From NCBI GenBank assembly GCA_963826715.1, contig CAWGYA010000008.1, positions 672,001-736,000 on the forward strand: a stretch of 64,000 nucleotides of DNA, written 5' to 3'. The notes beneath the pieces were generated by a model, which was not told the DNA's origin, searched no databases, and was given only the letters and a program-made list of their open reading frames with translations. The stretch comes from Candidatus Bathyarchaeota archaeon. Lineage in GTDB: Archaea; Thermoproteota; Bathyarchaeia; Bathyarchaeales; Bathycorpusculaceae. Every line of letters begins with the position of its first letter. The first letter of the stretch is position 1. Made by a program: the position numbers and the translations under genes. This document shows positions 60,621 to 64,000 of this stretch, piece after piece.

Positions 60621-61231
60621 GATTAGTTACCGTTTAGTTGTTAGAGCATTAGGGCAAAAAAATAGTATTTAAGTATATCCAACTTGGGCAATGTCTGTTT
60701 TAATTCATTCTATTCCTGCTTCAAGCATACACTCTCGTTTGGCTCTTCAGGCATCGTTTTATATGGCAAAAAGCCTCAGTCCAAAGAACTTCTGTGTCCT
60801 CGACAATTTTTTCTTCTGATTAGATATATGTTAATCCAACAAGGAATGCCTTATTATAGAGAATCGCTGATCTCTTTGCCCTATAGTTTTCTTAGCTTAG
60901 ATGGATTGGATTTCACCCATTTACGTCCCCGTTGAGGATATGTTCAAGATATACAAATTTTCCAGTTTCTTCATCAATAGCTAACTCCGTATACAACTCG
61001 TCACCTGATCTTCTTGAGAGGAACGGCTATATGTTTCTCAAATGTAATGTCCTAATGAAAGCTTTTAAAAATGGGTCATGCATTTGCAGTGGTACAGAAT
61101 TAGGGTTTTCCAGAGCGCTTAAAATTTATTTGCCTTCTTACCCTTTTATTTATTGGAGAGTGATACAGTTTTCTATTCCGTCTAAACTAACCGACCTCCT
61201 AAAACGCAAGGCACTGCAGGAAGAGGTATTT

Positions 61232-62026
61232 GTGCGGCAGTTTTTGAAGGGAACCAAAGACGCAGATTTAGGTGTCTTCTGCGATTTATTCTCAGCTAAA
61301 AGCTGTTTGACGGGGCAAGACGGTGGCGTAGTAACGGCGCTGCTCCAGAAAGGCTTGGGCGAGGGTCTTTTTGACGCTGCTATCATGGTGCGTCGAATGG
61401 AAGGGTACACTGCTGACGTTGTGGTTGCCGAAAACCCACACGATATCTCTGCCTCAAGCGGCACAAGCTACCTCAAAGTCAACGTCACAGCCAAACTCCG
61501 CGAACTTATCGCACGGGGTAAAAAACGTTTAGCCATTGTCTGCACGCCCTGTGAGATCCACACAGTAAGAAAAATTCAGCACTCCCTTCCAGGTGACTGC
61601 AAAATCACAATCATTGGCTTGTTCTGTTTTGAAGCTTTTAACCGCGATAAGCTGAAGCAACAGGTTAAAGAGCGCCTCGGTGTCGATTTAGATAACGTAA
61701 AGAAAACGAAGGTTCACAACGGAAAATTTACGGCAGACTTTGATGGTGGCGAAGTCAGTTGCAAGGTAAAGGACCTCGATTGCGCCGCGGAGAAGGTATG
61801 CACTTTCTGTGATGATTTTGTTTCGCGACTGGCGGATGTTTCGGTTGGTTCCGTGGGCAGCAGGCAAGGCTACTCCACGGTGATTGTGCGTTCAGATGTC
61901 GGCAAGACACTGGTGGCAAACCATGATTTTGCTTTGGAACCAGCAGATAAAGCTGAAGTTGCACGATTATGTGAGCTTAAGAGAATTCGGGCTAAAAAGA
62001 GCTTTTCTTGTTTAAATAGTCATTGA
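61232..62026 (+). CDS. Coenzyme F420 hydrogenase/dehydrogenase beta-subunit (FrhB) family protein
   Basis: GQDGGVVTALL, CTPC, IGLFC, CTFCDDF and ADVSVGSVGS. GTG 61232 follows GAGGT; the ORF is open from 60932. Confidence 0.9.
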   Translation: MRQFLKGTKDADLGVFCDLFSAKSCLTGQDGGVVTALLQKGLGEGLFDAAIMVRRMEGYTADVVVAENPHDISASSGTSYLKVNVTAKLRELIARGKKRLAIVCTPCEIHTVRKIQHSLPGDCKITIIGLFCFEAFNRDKLKQQVKERLGVDLDNVKKTKVHNGKFTADFDGGEVSCKVKDLDCAAEKVCTFCDDFVSRLADVSVGSVGSRQGYSTVIVRSDVGKTLVANHDFALEPADKAEVARLCELKRIRAKKSFSCLNSH

Positions 62027-62141
62027 ACAGGCGGGTTTTGGAGTTGTTGCCTTTTTATGGTCTTAACCTTTGGATACCCCTGCGGATTGCAAAAGATTTT
62101 TTAACTCAAAAGCCTCCCCTCTATGACTGAGATGAATCTCG

Positions 62142-62870
62142 ATGAAAATACTAAACGAGTTTGTGCCAACACGTAAATTTTTTAAGCTTGCAGAAGAACT
62201 CAAAGATCTCGTTGACGGATGGAACGTAACCGACAGTGCAGCAGGTTTCCCAGCGCCAAGTGGTGTAGTCGTTAGTTGCTTACTCAAAAACAAGTACCCT
62301 GACAAATACGTTTGCCCAATCTTCATTTTACACTATAAAGGCCCAGTTGAAGTGGGAGGCTTAGCACTCGCATCCGACATCGTCGGCTTAGACGGATTAG
62401 CAGTAACCATGGGCGACAAGCCACATTATGGCGAAGCAATCAAGGCACCTCTTTCATCATCAGAGGTTGCACGTGACTTCATTCGCAACGACGTTAAAAC
62501 CAAAAACCTGAAACTCGGTTGTCTCCTAACTGCAAGACGCTCAATCGAAGAAACTCTCGAGCGTGTCCGTCAATCATGGGATTTCGTATACTTCATGCGC
62601 TTAAATGATGACTCATTCGACGCCCTCAAAGCAGTATCTGCAGAATGCAAGAAGCTCAACAAGCCACTTTTCGCATATTTCCTCGTTGGAACAGAAAAAA
62701 ACAAAGAAATTGTGAAGATAATCGGTTGGCCAGTAACAGCCACAATGGAAACTGTTGAAGAGAAAGCAGAAAAATGCGTCGGTCTAGTTGACGGTATCAT
62801 CGCAACATGTGCTGGTGACGCCGAAGGCGACAAATTGATGCTGCAGAAACTTCAGAAGTTCAGAAGTTAA
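62142..62870 (+). CDS. Divergent methylenetetrahydrofolate reductase (MetF)-like TIM-barrel protein
   Basis: DGWNVTDSAAG and GLDGLAVTMGD align with the MetF VNVTD and LxLTGD motifs. Confidence 0.65.
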   Translation: MKILNEFVPTRKFFKLAEELKDLVDGWNVTDSAAGFPAPSGVVVSCLLKNKYPDKYVCPIFILHYKGPVEVGGLALASDIVGLDGLAVTMGDKPHYGEAIKAPLSSSEVARDFIRNDVKTKNLKLGCLLTARRSIEETLERVRQSWDFVYFMRLNDDSFDALKAVSAECKKLNKPLFAYFLVGTEKNKEIVKIIGWPVTATMETVEEKAEKCVGLVDGIIATCAGDAEGDKLMLQKLQKFRS

Positions 62871-62883
62871 AACCGAATCAACC

Positions 62884-62900
62884 GAGACCTCCAAGGTCTC
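62884..62900 (+). terminator. Hairpin after the MetF-like gene
   Basis: GAGACCT-CCA-AGGTCTC perfect 7-bp stem with T-rich sequence downstream. Confidence 0.45.
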
Positions 62901-63309
62901 CTCCCAAAATTTCAATTTTGTCTTTTTTATCTATTAACCAATAAGCTTTTTTGATCAGAAAAAACTTAGATGTTGGATTTTTTTCATGAAAAACAAGTTT
63001 TTTCCTTAACTCTATTACTGCTGAACAAGTTTAAACGATAAAAGTAACAGAATTCACTATTTCCTAATCAAAAAAGAAAGTTTTTTGAACCAACAATAAA
63101 CCAGATAATCCATGGGTCATTGTAAACGGATTACGTCGGAATTTCTTAGAGAATTCCTTTTTCTCCTTTTAAAACTCTAAAACTATACCTCAACTAATCA
63201 TTCAAAAAATTTTGTTGCGGGGGGTTAACCAAATATTTAAACACTCTCAGCTTGTAAAAAAAGATAAAATTTAAGTTTAGGTGCTTGGGCTTTCTGGTAG
63301 GAGAGGCAT

Positions 63310-64000
63310 ATTACGAACATTATCAACGTACTTCCGGTTGAAGGTTTACCATTGATACATGAAGGCGACAATTTAGGAAAAATTATCGTAGAAGCCACAG
63401 AAAAACAGAGAATCCCCATCCAACCTCATGATGTTGTAGTGGTTACGCATGTAGTGGTCTCCAAAGCTGAGGGAAATATCGTCAACCTTGACCAAGTCAA
63501 GCCTTCACCTCGAGCACTTGAAATTGCGAAGCAAACCAACAAAGACCCCGCTCTAGTTGAAGTTATTCTTCAGGAGACCCGCGAAATAGTCCGAATCGGG
63601 CAAAACAGCATCATAACCGAAACCACTAACGGCGTAATCTGTGCTAATGCAGGCATTGATCGCTCCAACGTATTCGGAGAACGCAACGTTGTGCCTCTAC
63701 CTAAAAATCCTAATCTCTCTGCCGAAAATATTCGCCAAGAAATCAAGCGTCTCTCAGGCAAAGATGTGGCTGTGATTATTTCAGACACACACGGCAGACC
63801 GTTTCGAATGGGCGAAATCAACATCGCTGTTGGTGTCGCTGGCTTTAAGCCAATTCGGGATAGACGCGGTGAGAAGGACCTTTTTGGTTATGTATTACGA
63901 ATAAAACAAACGGCTGTGGCGGATGAGTTGGCTTCAGCTGCAGAGCTAGTGATTGGACAAGCCAATGAAGGGATTCCAGTCGCCATAGTTCGAGGTTATG
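63310..64000 (+). CDS. cofE: Coenzyme F420-0:L-glutamate ligase (3' end beyond the window)
   Basis: Hand translation: ...VEGLPLIHEGDNL...VVSKAEG...ANAGIDRSNV...VIISDTHGRPFRMG...DLFGY...ADELASAA. Confidence 0.93.
   Translation, partial: MTNIINVLPVEGLPLIHEGDNLGKIIVEATEKQRIPIQPHDVVVVTHVVVSKAEGNIVNLDQVKPSPRALEIAKQTNKDPALVEVILQETREIVRIGQNSIITETTNGVICANAGIDRSNVFGERNVVPLPKNPNLSAENIRQEIKRLSGKDVAVIISDTHGRPFRMGEINIAVGVAGFKPIRDRRGEKDLFGYVLRIKQTAVADELASAAELVIGQANEGIPVAIVRGY

Noticed and set aside
60684-61230. ORF 60684-60935 and the long N-terminal extension of FrhB
   Set aside because: No recognisable motifs. The minus strand has short protein-like fragments that may be a decayed gene, but I cannot assign them.
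2112-62870. Genome-wide TAG recoding (pyrrolysine)
   Set aside because: DP2, uL3 and Csl4 end in TAG at normal C-termini and no pyl genes are in the window. The in-frame TAG junctions are explained by stop/SD overlap.
2484-63824. Many short antisense or nested ORFs in the track
   Set aside because: They overlap confidently identified genes and are shadow frames.

Overview
Core chromosomal segment of an archaeon. Gene content and order (PolD, Elf1, Nop10, split GINS15/GINS23, a thaumarchaeosortase-like protein, F420 genes) fit the TACK lineage, most plausibly Bathyarchaeia; this is an inference, no search was run. The window holds a likely replication origin (ORB-like boxes and an AT-rich tract upstream of cdc6), most replisome genes (DP1, DP2, PCNA, PriS/PriL, GINS15/23, MCM, RFC-S/L), ribosomal protein genes, an intron-containing tRNA-Ser(CGA) and housekeeping enzymes. 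The best candidate for an undescribed system is a three-gene module next to the origin: an HTH protein, a membrane-anchored coiled-coil protein with a C-terminal winged helix, and a small winged-helix protein. It sits among dense arrays of two related DNA motifs (GTGAY and TGTGAA) and may tether or segregate the origin. Other oddities are an apparent relic of aIF2-alpha at its usual locus, genes that seem to need ATA/ATT/ATC starts, a doubly frameshifted glycosylation gene between priL and priS, a split kinase pair around a PHP phosphoesterase, and an FrhB-MetF-CofE cluster. No CRISPR array, rRNA or transposase was seen.
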